Below are positions 13,553-25,476 of a stretch of DNA of 64,000 nucleotides, in pieces. Each line of letters begins with the position of its first letter. The first letter of the stretch is position 1. Source of the stretch: Eledone cirrhosa. Taxonomy: Eukaryota. Both the position numbers and the translations under genes were made by a program. The notes under the pieces are model-generated. The model saw only the letters and a list, made by a program, of their open reading frames with translations, did no database searches and was not told the origin of the DNA. The stretch covers positions 41,664,001-41,728,000 of the forward strand of contig OZ024755.1 of the NCBI GenBank assembly GCA_964016885.1, in the 5' to 3' direction.

Positions 13553-14874
13553 TATGTATATGTATGTTCTTCTGGTTTTATAATTTCACAAATTTTTACC
13601 AATTGAGAGAGAGTCGGTTTCTAACATAGACAGAAGAATCTCTCATTGGAATTTAGACATCAACTCGGTAGATTATGTATGCATGTCTGCATGTGTAGAT
13701 ATGGATGTTATTGTATGTGTGGATGTGGATCTTTTGAGTTGTATGTGTGCATGTGTATAAGCTTTGTATCTGTACATGTGTATATGCAGCTATTAGATGC
13801 AAAATGTTTGGAATGTTTACATATTTTGATTATTGGGGAACTGGGGTATGTTAGTAACTGCCTCAATACAAATCTTGAGAAGCTAGGCTTCACAGGAACA
13901 GAAAGAACACAACTAGTTAGGAAATTACAAGTACAATCCATTAATGTTCCATTAATGGATTGTACTTGTAATTTCCTAACTAGTTGTGTTCTTTCTGTTC
14001 CTGTGAAGCCTATTGAGGCAGTTACTAACATACCCCAGTTCCCCAATAATCACAGACATAAATCTGAAGGTGTAATCAGGGTGGAGTATCTGCAGATTTC
14101 TCATCAGTTCTGCATAAATATTCTCCTTTTCGCTAATCTTTGATATTACATTGGCATCTGCTGAGCAGTTAATTTCCACTACTGTGTATGCTTTCTTCTC
14201 CTTGTCCCATATCATAATATCTGGTCTGTTATGCCTGCATTTTATTGGGGTTTTTACTGGAACATTCCACCAGTACTCTTTCATATTATGTACATGGATG
14301 TCTTCCACATTGCTGTAACTTTTAATGTGTTTATTATCGGGGCTATCTTTTTTACGAACTGCATTGTACAGTGTTTTGGCCACTACATCATGCCTCATAT
14401 GTAGATAGTACCGCGATGACATCTTTGGACAGCTGTTGATGACATGGGTGATATCCTCGATGTTAGTTCTGCAGAGTCTGCACTTGTTATCACATCTAGG
14501 TGTTTCGCCTGCATCCCTATTTCTTTTGTGAATCAGGTATTTCGTGTTAATCTCCTGTTCTTGGATTGCTAAAGCGTATCCTTCAAAGTGGGAGCCAATA
14601 TAGCGGTTGTTGGTCCAAGATAGACTACTTTCCTTATCTATATTACTCTCACTCTGGAGCTTCCTGGCAACATATCCATGCATGATCTTTTGATGATAAG
14701 AATGCAGTTTTTCATCCATGGATTCACTGTGATACTGCTGAGCGACATCCCTGGGTGTGAGTTTTTGATTATCACACAGGGAATATCTCTCGAGGAGTTC
14801 CTTCCCAACTCTCATGATCTTATCTGTTTCATGCAGATAGACTTGCTCGAGACTATCGAGATTGTCCCCCTGAA

Positions 14875-14876
<2 letters not shown>
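13553..14876 (-). mobile_element. Second R4/Dong-like RLE LINE (divergent family), 5'-truncated, in (CATA)n
   Basis: AIQEQEI, CRLC..EDITHVINSC, RHD, RPDIMIWD..VVE, VIIGELG; (TATG)n tracts on both sides. Confidence 0.82.
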
Positions 14877-14905
<29 letters not shown>

Positions 14906-14919
14906 TGTATGTATGTATA

Positions 14920-15070
14920 CTAGAGAGAGGATCAGGGGTGTATAACACTCCACTTATCCAGCAGGCAGTATAAGGTTAGCTCGATGTCTGAGGACAGAGC
15001 CGTGATATAATAAATAACAAAGAACGCTTATAGCATATGCATATGCTATAAGCGTTCTTTGTTATTTATT
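14920..15070 (-). mobile_element. Fold-back insertion in (TATG)n with perfect 62-bp palindrome
   Basis: 15009-15039 is the exact reverse complement of 15040-15070. Confidence 0.6.
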
Positions 15071-15171
15071 GTATGTATGTATGTATGTATGTATGTATGT
15101 ATGTATGTATGTATGTATGTATGTATGTATGTATGTATGTATGTATGTATGTATGTACGTATGTATGTATG

Positions 15172-15766
15172 TATCCCAGTATGTAACATGTATCCCAGTA
15201 CAACCTGTCTCATAGTCGGGTCGTTGGCGACTAAACTGGCAACCCCACCAAGGTTTCTTGGTGAGGAGGGTGGCTTTGGACATCCTGCAGGACTAAAAAC
15301 AAAACCTGTCAAAAGGCAAAGGTGCTCTTAAGAGTCAATAGCGATCCAAAATCACCGGGAGAGATGACCCCTTAGCCTTTGTCAAGGTAGAATTCTAGGA
15401 GAAGGAAAACTCTGATATAACACCTGCAACCCTGATGGTATCCAATGATGTTGAATTGTTCTTCTTTTTGAGTAAATATCATCTTGGTTAAGAGAGTGGG
15501 ACTGGCTTTGTGCAGTGCCTTTGCTCACTATAAAAGCTTCACAGCACAGGCATTGCTTTATATCTGGAGATCTCTCTGCACTTGTCGTCACATGGTACCA
15601 TGGGCCCAGCACAGTGTGTCAATAATTGTCACAGGTGTAGTGTTTGTACCAGAGTTTTCAAGTCGCTGGCTGGACTAAAAAGTCACATTCGTTCAGCGCA
15701 TTGGTAGGGGTTCTCCTACATGGATATAAAGTAGTGGCCGTACTCGAAAACGAGTTGGCAGCCACC
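15172..15766 (+). mobile_element. Probable bipartite non-autonomous RTE (5'UTR joined to 3' end)
   Basis: ctaggagaaggaaaactctgat resembles RTE 5'UTRs (recall); CSVCTRVFKSLAGLKSHIRSAH C2H2 finger within 15630-15707; terminal hairpin actcg-aaaa-cgagt; (ATGT)n flanks. Confidence 0.6.
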
Positions 15767-16124
15767 ATGTATGTATGTATGTATGTATGTATGTATGTAT
15801 GTATGTATGTATGTATGTATGTATGTATGCATGTGTGTGTATGATTGTATGTATGATTGTATGTATGTATATGTATACACCCACACCTTTCATCACCATT
15901 GCTTCTTTTTCTTGTCGTTTCTGTTGTTCTTGTAACTGTTGTAAAAGTTGACGTTGTCCTTATTTTCATTTTCTTTGATTTCTTTCGTTTTTCTTTAACT
16001 CCCTAGGGAATTCGTTGACAAGCTTCTTTTATTTATTTTCTTTGTTTTCTTCATTCAAATGCATTCCCACTGGCTGTCTAAGAGACGTACAAATATGGCT
16101 TATAAAACTTACCTAAGTAAATAG

Positions 16125-16224
16125 CCTAGCGCCCCCAAGCTTCAAATGCCCCCCTAACGCTCCCTGGAGCTCAGAAACGTCCCCCAGGGGGCACATGCCC
16201 CCTGTTGAAAACTTTTGACCTAGA
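16125..16224. mobile_element. Possible hAT-like terminal remnant
   Basis: GCCCCC-rich subterminal motifs ending gttgaaaacttttg-acctagat; partner end not found. Confidence 0.3.
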
Positions 16225-16403
16225 TAATATATACCAATGTAATGTTAGGAACAACTTTGCGCTCCATTCCGACATTCCACATCACGGCTGAATAATTATG
16301 CCGGTGTGTGTAAGTGTTAGATTGAGTAATATGATATAGTAATTGTTTGCTGTGAGTAAACTACACATCCTGAATGTTGATGGACCAGTAAAAGGTTTGT
16401 ATT

Positions 16404-16482
<79 letters not shown>

Positions 16483-16580
16483 AACGGGATATATATATAT
16501 AAAAATTGAACGGGAACAAAACAGAGAGGCAGTACGAACAAAGGTTTATTAGTTTCACGCTCTTGAGAGTGGGGTGGTGG

Positions 16581-16638
<58 letters not shown>

Positions 16639-16708
16639 GTTTAATAAATGAACAGAGAACAAAAACAGAGAGGCATTTAGTTTCACGCTTGAGAATAGGG
16701 GGTGGGAC

Positions 16709-16742
<34 letters not shown>

Positions 16743-16978
16743 AGAGTGAGAGAGAGAGGGGGGGGTGATAGGTAGATAGATAGATAGATATTCAAATGGG
16801 AAGCAGGTTTTTATAGTTTAGCCCTGTGACAGTTCAATCTCAAAAGTTCGCACAAAATATCTATAAAAGTAGCGGATTGTATTAGTGAAGATTTCTTTTA
16901 AGGATATTTGTTTAACTACAATTAGAAGTAAGCAATATATACTGTGATGTAGACAAGTTCCAGTTGAGCCATACCATG

Positions 16979-17149
16979 TACGTGAAACTGTGTAGTGTCC
17001 AATGTCATATACGTGAAACTGTGTAGTGTCCAATGTCATATACGTGAAACTGTGTAGTGTCCCATGTCATATACGTGAAACTGTGTAGTGTCCCATGTCA
17101 TATACGTGAAACTGTGTAGTGTCCCATGTCATATACGTGAAACTGTGTA
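16979..17149. repeat. 31-bp minisatellite, ~5.5 copies (tacgtgaaactgtgtagtgtcccatgtcata)
   Basis: Direct periodicity; followed by SINE tail homologous to 9475-9570. Confidence 0.92.
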
Positions 17150-17519
17150 GGTGTAAGCTGTCAGATGGGCTCTACCTCTGCCAAGGTCACTGTTGTCACA
17201 AACTGTACAACGCGTATAATCTCCCTGAGAATTGCAATAAGGTTACTCGTGTCTGTGGAATGTTAAGCCAAACATTAATTTCATGAGCAGGCAATTCCGT
17301 TGATCAAACAACTAGAGCACTCATCGTCGATAGCTACGGAAGTCCATGCCATTCCATATTCATATCTTAGTACCATGTGTCCAAAATATTGATTGATACG
17401 AACAAATCCAATGAGATTGATTTCTTTAAGCAACGCAAAATCAATCAGAAAATTCACATCTTAGTCCTCCGAATATTTATACATACACACTCATATATAT
17501 ATATATATATATATATATA

Positions 17520-17710
17520 GGAACCAGTAAGACCCCGACAGCTGAGCTCAAGCCGTTTCGACGGCTAATTCTGGACTTAGAATTAGCCGTCGAAACGGCT
17601 TGAGCTCAGCTGTCGGGGTCTTACTGGTTCCTATTACCCACTCTACTACCTCAAGTATTGAGTACTTTGGTGCGTTATGGTCCACCTGGTTCCTTACCAC
17701 ATTTCCTTCG

Positions 17711-17712
<2 letters not shown>
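17520..17712 (+). mobile_element. PLE-like family C 3' end with fold-back, in (TA)n
   Basis: Arms ~17520-17571/17579-17631. Confidence 0.7.
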
Positions 17713-17769
<57 letters not shown>

Positions 17770-17796
17770 CTCTTACACACACACAATAGGAAAAGA

Positions 17797-18087
17797 ATGA
17801 CTTCACTTGTAGTTCTAAACAATTTGATTTAATATTATGATTTGGTAGATCTAGTAAGTTCTTTGTTAACTTCCGGGTGGCGATTGTCAAACCAAGATCA
17901 ACACAACCTGATCTCAGTTTGACAATCGCCACCGACGAATGCGAGAAAGTTCTCCAGGAAAGTTAACCAGGAATCTTTAAAAATCTTCCCACCGAAGTTA
18001 ACAAAGAACTTACTAGATCTACCAACTCATAATATTATAATATTATAAAATTAAATCAAATTGTTTAGAACTACAAGTAAAGTCATA
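17797..18087. repeat. Nested inverted-repeat element
   Basis: Outer arms ~17797-17872/17995-18087; inner hairpin ~17877-17932. Confidence 0.75.
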
Positions 18088-18099
18088 CGATTCCTTTTT

Positions 18100-18632
<533 letters not shown>

Positions 18633-19168
18633 GGAACAAGTAAGACCCCGACGGCTCAGCTCAAGCTGTTTCGACGGCTAATTCTGGACTGAATAAAAAT
18701 TTATTCTGGTATTTAAATAGCCGAGCTTATCAAGTTTTACCCTCATTGTTCTACTTACCGTTTCGACTTCCTCCCCCTCCCCCTCCCCAGTATCCTCTTT
18801 GATCTCACACCCAGCTGTAGCTGGCACTACCAACGCATGAATGGGTCTACTCCACCCCCTCTCTCTTTTCTCCTACCGGCAGGTTTAGCTACCCCTCCCC
18901 CCACTAATTTGCCATCACAGATTTACTACTAACTTGTGATGTGACCAATCCTGGTGACTATCTCTTTGACCATATATGGAATTACCCCTTGATAAGCTCG
19001 GCTATTTAAATACCAGAATAAATTTTCATTCAGTCCAGAATTAGCCGACGAAACGGCTTGAGCTCAGCCGTCGGGGTCTTACTTGTTCCTATTACCCACT
19101 CTACTACCCTAAGTATTGAGTACTTTGGTGCGTTATGGTCCACCTGGTTCCTTACCACATTTCCTTCG

Positions 19169-19170
<2 letters not shown>
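18633..19170 (+). mobile_element. Longest PLE-like family C copy with inverted 5' part
   Basis: Arms ~18633-18734/18988-19090; full HHR fold. Confidence 0.72.
18984..19077 (+). ncRNA. Hammerhead motif with long stem II and variant core TTGATAA
   Basis: ACCCC-TTGATAA-tcggcta..tagccga-GAAAC-GGC tt GAGCTC a GCC-GTC-GGGGT. Confidence 0.65.
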
Positions 19171-19207
<37 letters not shown>

Positions 19208-19208
<1 letters not shown>

Positions 19209-19405
19209 GAAAATGTTTAACTTCACGGCAGAGCTCAAGCCGTTTCGACGGCTATTTCTGGACTTATGAGTCCAGAAATAGCCGTCGAAACGGCTTGAGC
19301 TCTGCCGTCGGGGTCAAACATTTTCCTATTACCCACTCTACTACCCTACGTATTGAGTACTCTGGTGCGTTATGGTCCATCTGGTTCCTTACCACACCTC
19401 CTTCG

Positions 19406-19407
<2 letters not shown>
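19208..19407 (+). mobile_element. PLE-like family C variant with fold-back
   Basis: Homologous to 17520 copy; inverted arms centred near 19266. Confidence 0.68.
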
Positions 19408-19444
<37 letters not shown>

Positions 19445-19485
19445 CGAAACATAAGTCAATTGCATGAACTCATAATCCTTTATTT

Positions 19486-19541
19486 ACTGCTATATATATT
19501 TCGATGATAGCCATTGAATGTCTATGACCTCATCAGGCAGT
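19486..19541 (-). ncRNA. Minimal hammerhead (family D) in PLE-like end 19441-19905
   Basis: rc: ACTGC-CTGATGA-stem II-GAAA-TATATATA-GCAGT; palindromic stem III. Confidence 0.8.
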
Positions 19542-19898
19542 TAGTCAGTTCTTAGATATGCCAGCTCTGTGTGTATAGTGTTGATGGTATCAGAGCCTTG
19601 GGACATATGAGCTTGTTAGGAATAATTTAATGTTGTCAGCAGGAATAGTCTTGATTCTCATTGGTCAGTTTGTAGATGGTAATAGGGTTGGTATTTGACC
19701 TCAAAGAGGCAGGTGGTGTTGTAAAGTTCAAACCGTCAGGCAAGATGACAATAGTTCAATATGACTGATTTTCACAAAAAGCATTCCTGGTCAGATATAT
19801 ATTCAATTAAGGTTAATAGTATGAAATAGATACTACAGGTCATTCTTAAATTGAAGAATTTATGTGGAGTGGTGCTACTTAAATTTATGGTTGGAGTA

Positions 19899-20014
<116 letters not shown>

Positions 20015-20644
20015 TATATATATACATATATTTTTTTAATTTCAATTGAGTTCTTAACACGTTGTATTGATAATGTTTTTTTGAAAAAACTAATTAACCC
20101 GCGTGAATATTATTTTTTCTTTTCTCGTGTATTGGTTGTCTCCCCTCCCCCGCTTCGTGACGCTATAATACTTCCTCAGTCAAAAACTGCTGGAATTTCA
20201 AATTTGGCGGTCATTCGATGCGTGAGGGAGCAGCTTAGCAGACACGATTTTTAACTGCGGTAAGAATTTTTTCTTATATCAAAGTTTAATGGGCTTCCAC
20301 TGATGATTTATAAGTGCCCACCTAAATATATTCTTACATGAATATATGTTAGGCTTCTACATAAACTTGAAATATTCTCCTAATTTGTAGAAAACTTATA
20401 ATGAAACAATTGTTTGGAAAGAGAGATATATTTTAACTTTAATTATATCTCATAAAATAATACAACTGGCTTTCCACATAATACATATAGTTAGCACCCC
20501 AAACACTTAAATTAGGTTTATACTAACATATAACCTAATGTTTGTTGAGTGAGATGGTTACCAGTCAGAGTTTAGCTTTAAGCTATCTCTGTTATTGTAT
20601 TAAATAATTATATATAAATATATATATATATATATATAAATATA

Positions 20645-21110
20645 TATTGTTATACTTGGGGAGGGTCATATTTGTGTAATATTGCCAGAATTAATAACAG
20701 AACACACTCACTGTTTGGTTGGTTTTCGCTTTTCGCTTCTGTGTCTTTTATATCGGTAATCTAATTTATTCGGTCCTCAATGTTGCCATTGACTGACCAA
20801 CGGTCAAAAATAATACAGATACAATATAGACACAAACACATATATATAGTTTATCAAAGTTCTTTCGTTGCACATCTGCAACATCGTCAGTGGTGCTATT
20901 GTTTCCTCCCGTTGCATTGTATTTTCTACGCCATCTTTATTTAGTCTGTTTATATATTTATTTGTTTTATTTTGTCTTCTTTGCGCATGCGTTTGCGTGT
21001 GTGTATAGTGTTTTGTTTGATGTGTGTTCGTGATTGGGTGACTGTGTATTGGTATCTGTAGAGAGGGTGGAGTGTCACACCTAATCTCAGGTAAAATCCT
21101 ATTACATGTA
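20645..21110 (-). mobile_element. PLE 3' end (family E) with HHR-like core
   Basis: Homologous to 59140-59560 and 63795-64000; CTGACGA-t-GTTGCA gatg TGCAAC-GAAA. Confidence 0.78.
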
Positions 21111-21115
21111 TGTAA

Positions 21116-21171
<56 letters not shown>

Positions 21172-21174
21172 CAA

Positions 21175-21441
21175 TATATTAATAAATGGAAACTATATTT
21201 ATAAAACCATAATTATTTTATTATATATATTTCAAGGGCAACCAAGGCACTTTTGGTGCGCTTTCATCAGATAAAATACAAAATTTGTTTTATAAATGTT
21301 GACATACACTTAGAAAAACAACCTTGACGGTTGAAGGTTCGCTGGATAGTGAATATTTACTCCAGCAACTGTCGAGTGCTTTATATCAGTTATAAAACTT
21401 TTAAGCTTGTTGAATCCCAACAAATTAAATATAACTTCTGC
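21175..21441 (+). mobile_element. PLE family F insertion: inverted HHR segment plus forward 3' terminus
   Basis: HHR on minus strand at 21214-21278; 21350-21441 homologous to 58283-58376. Confidence 0.72.
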
Positions 21442-21460
21442 ATATATATATATATATATA

Positions 21461-21795
21461 TTCTGTCATTACCATAACAGAAGTCCTTGAGTTGGTCAAT
21501 CGCGAAACGTGCGTTACACCTCAATAAAATAATTGTAATGAAGATCTAAGACTTCGTCCTTTTATTATTAATATTACACTCTGCTTAGTACAACACCAAT
21601 ATACCCACTGGTAACTACACATCGAGTGTTCACTCTGGGGTACCTACAGTAACTGGACGTGATAATCCCTATATATATATATATATATTAATAATAAAAG
21701 GACGAAGTCTTAGATCTTCACTACAATTATTTTATTGAGGTGTGACGTACGTTTCGCGATTGACCAGCTCAAGGACTTCTGTTATGGTAATGACA

Positions 21796-21799
<4 letters not shown>
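21461..21799. mobile_element. PLE-like 3' end (21461-21670) plus inverted copy (21688-21799)
   Basis: HHR 3' half GAAAC GTAC GTC; related to 25190-25262. Confidence 0.6.
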
Positions 21800-21844
<45 letters not shown>

Positions 21845-22032
21845 AGAATGGCATTAAGAAAAATGTCGATGTTACATAAATCGTCTATTCATAATAATTA
21901 TCTCAACGGTTCCCTTATGCTATCCATGATGTAAGATATGCATTTGTTGTTGTTATGGGAACGGTATCTTCAGATGAAAATCGGATTTTGTGATATGACG
22001 CAGGCAAAAAACACGTCCTTCTTCTCGTGTGC

Positions 22033-22382
22033 CCGGCTGACATAAGTTTCAATGGAGTCGTCCAACAGTTGTGTTTACAATTTTGTGGAGCGAGGTGTTA
22101 TCTATGTGTCAATTGACATTAGACATGTGACATTGGACATGTGACATAACACACGTGACATTACACACGTGACATTCCACATGTACCCGGCTGACATATA
22201 AGTTTCCATACAATCGTCCCAGCAGTCGTGTTTACAATATGTGGAGCGAGGTGTTATCTATGTGTCAATTAGTGAATCTCGTCTCATGTACCTACATGAG
22301 ACCAGATATGAAATGTCACGTGTCTGGTGTCACATCTCTAATGTCACGTGTGTAACGTCACGTGTATAGTGTCACATGTCAA
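22033..22382. repeat. Composite repeat: ~84-bp direct duplication plus 14-bp units in both orientations
   Basis: 22033-22114 ~ 22187-22270; gacattacacacgt-type units at 22115-22184, inverted at 22312-22382. Confidence 0.75.
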
Positions 22383-22489
22383 TAAATAATACCTTTGCTA
22401 CTTTGCAGTATTATGAACAATGTTATGGGTTGTAACATGAATTGTCGCGGGTTATGTGAACTGTGTCGTATAAGAGACAGGCTTAGTAA

Positions 22490-24216
22490 TTAGTATTGTC
22501 AGAGCAAGGCATGTCATAAGCTTAACATTGTCAGAGCAAGGCATGTCATAAGCTTAGCATTGCCAGAGCAAGGCATGCCATAAGCTTAGTATTGTCAGAG
22601 CAAGGCATGTCATAAGCTTAGTATTGTCAGAGCAAGGCATGTCATAAGCTTAGTATTGTCAGAGCAAGGCATGCCATAAACTTAGTATTGTCAGAGCAAG
22701 GCATGCCATAAGCTTAGTATTGTCAGAGCAAGGCATGCCATAAGCTTAGTATTGTCAGAGCAAGGCATGTCATAAGCTTAGTATTGTCAGAGCAAGGCAT
22801 GCCATAAACTTATCATTGTCAGAGCAATGCATGTCATAAGCTTAACATTGTCAGAGAAAGGCGTGTCATAAGCTTAGTATTGTCAGAGCAAGGCATGTCA
22901 TAAGCTTAGTATTGTCAGAGCAAGGCATGTCATAAGCTTAGTATTGTCAGAGCAAGGGATGTCATATGCTTAGTATTGTCAGAGCAAGGCATGTTATAAG
23001 CTTAGTATTGTCAGAGAAAGGCATGTCATAAGCTTAGTATTGTCAGAGCAAGGCATGTCATATGCTTAGTATTGTCAGAGCAAGGCATGCCATAAGCTTA
23101 GTATTGTCAGAGCAAGGCATGTCATATGCTTAGTATTGTCAGAGCAAGGCATGTCATATGCTTAGTATTGTCAGAGCAAGGCATGTTATAAGCTTAGTAT
23201 TGTCAGAGCAAGGCATGTCATATGCTTAGTATTGTCAGAGCAAGGCATGTTATAAGCTTAGTATTGTCAGAGCAAGGCATGTCATATGCTTAGTATTGTC
23301 AGAGCAAGGCATGTCATAAGCTTAGTATTGTCAGAGCAAGGCATGTCATAAGCTTAGTATTGTCAGAGCAAGGCATGTCATATGCTTAGTATTGTCAGAG
23401 CAAGGCATGTTATAAGCTTAGTATTGTCAGAGCAAGGCATGTCATATGCTTAGTATTGTCAGAGCAAGGCATGTTATAAGCTTAGTATTGTCAGAGCAAG
23501 GCATGTCATATGCTTAGTATTGTCAGAGCAAGGCATGTCATAAGCTTAGTATTGTCAGAGGAAGGCATGTCATAAGCTTAGTATTGTCAGAGCAAGGCAT
23601 GTCATATGCTTATTATTGTCAGAGCAAGGCATGTCATATGCTTAGTATTGTCAGAGCAAGGCATGTCATAAGCTTAGTATTGTCAGAGCAAGGCATGTCA
23701 TAAGCTTAGTATTGTCAGAGCAAGGCATGTTATAAGCTTAGTATTGTCAGAGCAAGGCATGTTATAAGCTTAGTATTGTCAGAGCAAGGCATGTCATAAG
23801 CTTAGTATTGTCAGAGCAAGGCATGTTATAAGCTTAGTATTGTCAGAGCAAGGCATGTTATAAGCTTAGTATTGTCAGAGCAAGGCATGTCATAAGCTTA
23901 GTATTGTCAGAGCAAGGCATGTTATAAGCTTAGTATTGTCAGAGCAAGGCATGTTATAAGCTTAGTATTGTCAGAGCAAGGCATGTCATAAGCTTAGTAT
24001 TGTCAGAGCAAGGCATGTTATAAGCTTAGTATTGTCAGAGCAAGGCATGTCATAAGCTTAGTATTGTCAGAGCAAGGCATGTTATAAGCTTAGTATTGTC
24101 AGAGCAAGGCATGTCATAAACTTAGTATTGTCAGAGCAAGGCATGTTATAAGCTTAGTATTGTCAGAGCAAGGCATGTCATAAGCTTAGTATTGTCAGAG
24201 CAAGGCATGTCATAAG
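22490..24216. repeat. 32-bp satellite, ~54 copies (cataagcttagtattgtcagagcaaggcatgt)
   Basis: Direct periodicity. Confidence 0.97.
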
Positions 24217-24271
24217 TTTATCAACTAACCAAAGGCGGTTTTTTTCATCTTGGATAAGGTTAAGTGAATAT

Positions 24272-24281
24272 TCTTGTGTGT

Positions 24282-24330
<49 letters not shown>

Positions 24331-24742
24331 TGTATGTATGTGTGTCTGTGTCTGTGTGTGCCTGTGTGTGTCTGTGTGAGTGTGTGTGTCTGTGTGTATC
24401 AGTTAGTGTTTGCGTGTGTCTGTGTGTATCAGTTAGTGTGTGTGTGTCTGTGAGTTGGTGTGTGTTAGTTAGTGTGTGTGTCTGGGTGTATTTCTGTGAG
24501 TTGGTGTGTGTTAGTGTCTGTGTGTGTGTGTGTCTGTGAATTGGTGTGTGTTAGTGTGTGTGTCTGTGTGTGTGTGTCTGTGTGTGTGTATATGTGTGTC
24601 TGTGAGTTGGTGTGTGTTAATGTGTGTGTCTGTGTGCGTGTGTGTGTGTTAGTGTGTGTTTCTGTGTGTGTGTGTGTGTCTGTGAGTTGGTGTGTGTGTG
24701 TGTGTCTATGAGTGTGTGTGTGTTAGTGTGTGTGTGTGTCTG
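24272..24742. repeat. Degenerate (TG)n tract
   Basis: Direct. Confidence 0.92.
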
Positions 24743-24931
24743 ACTGTCTGTAGACTGCCACCTACCCTAAAAAAGATCTTATTTGGGATAACGGGGAATA
24801 TAACTGGGAGAATGAGAGGAACATTGTAAGGTATTAAATACCCAGGCTTATGTTGACATGTGTGGGTATATGTAGGTTTTGTATGTTAGGGGTCACTTTT
24901 CTAGGATCGTATGTGGGTTCACATGTGAAAA

Positions 24932-25009
<78 letters not shown>

Positions 25010-25298
25010 GTATATATATATATATATATATATAGTTTACCCCAACATTTCTTCTCACAAAACAACCATAAAGTGACCACCATAAATGAATAAGAACTGA
25101 TATGTATTTGTTTAAAACTGCAAGGGTATCATTCTCAAGTCCGACGAGTTTTTGATTCCATCGTCGGGCCCGATCGATACAAATCGAACCATGAGCTGAT
25201 TAATTGCGAAACACGCGTCACACATCAATAAATGTAAGGAAGATCTAACACCTAGTCCTTATTATTATTATTATTAATATTATTATTATTATTATTAT

Positions 25299-25453
25299 GA
25301 TTGTGGATTAGCAGTATCGGTCGGACACCTTGCTTTGTAGCATAGAGTTACGCCCCTTGACGGTCTGAGTTCAAATCCCGCTGAAGTTAACTTTGCCTTT
25401 CATCCTTACGAGGTCGATAAAATGAAGTGCCAGTAATACAATAGTAGACACAA
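25299..25453 (+). mobile_element. tRNA-derived SINE in (ATT)n
   Basis: B box GAGTTCAAATCC; homologous to 28553 copy. Confidence 0.82.
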
Positions 25454-25476
25454 TTATTATTATTATTATTATTATT

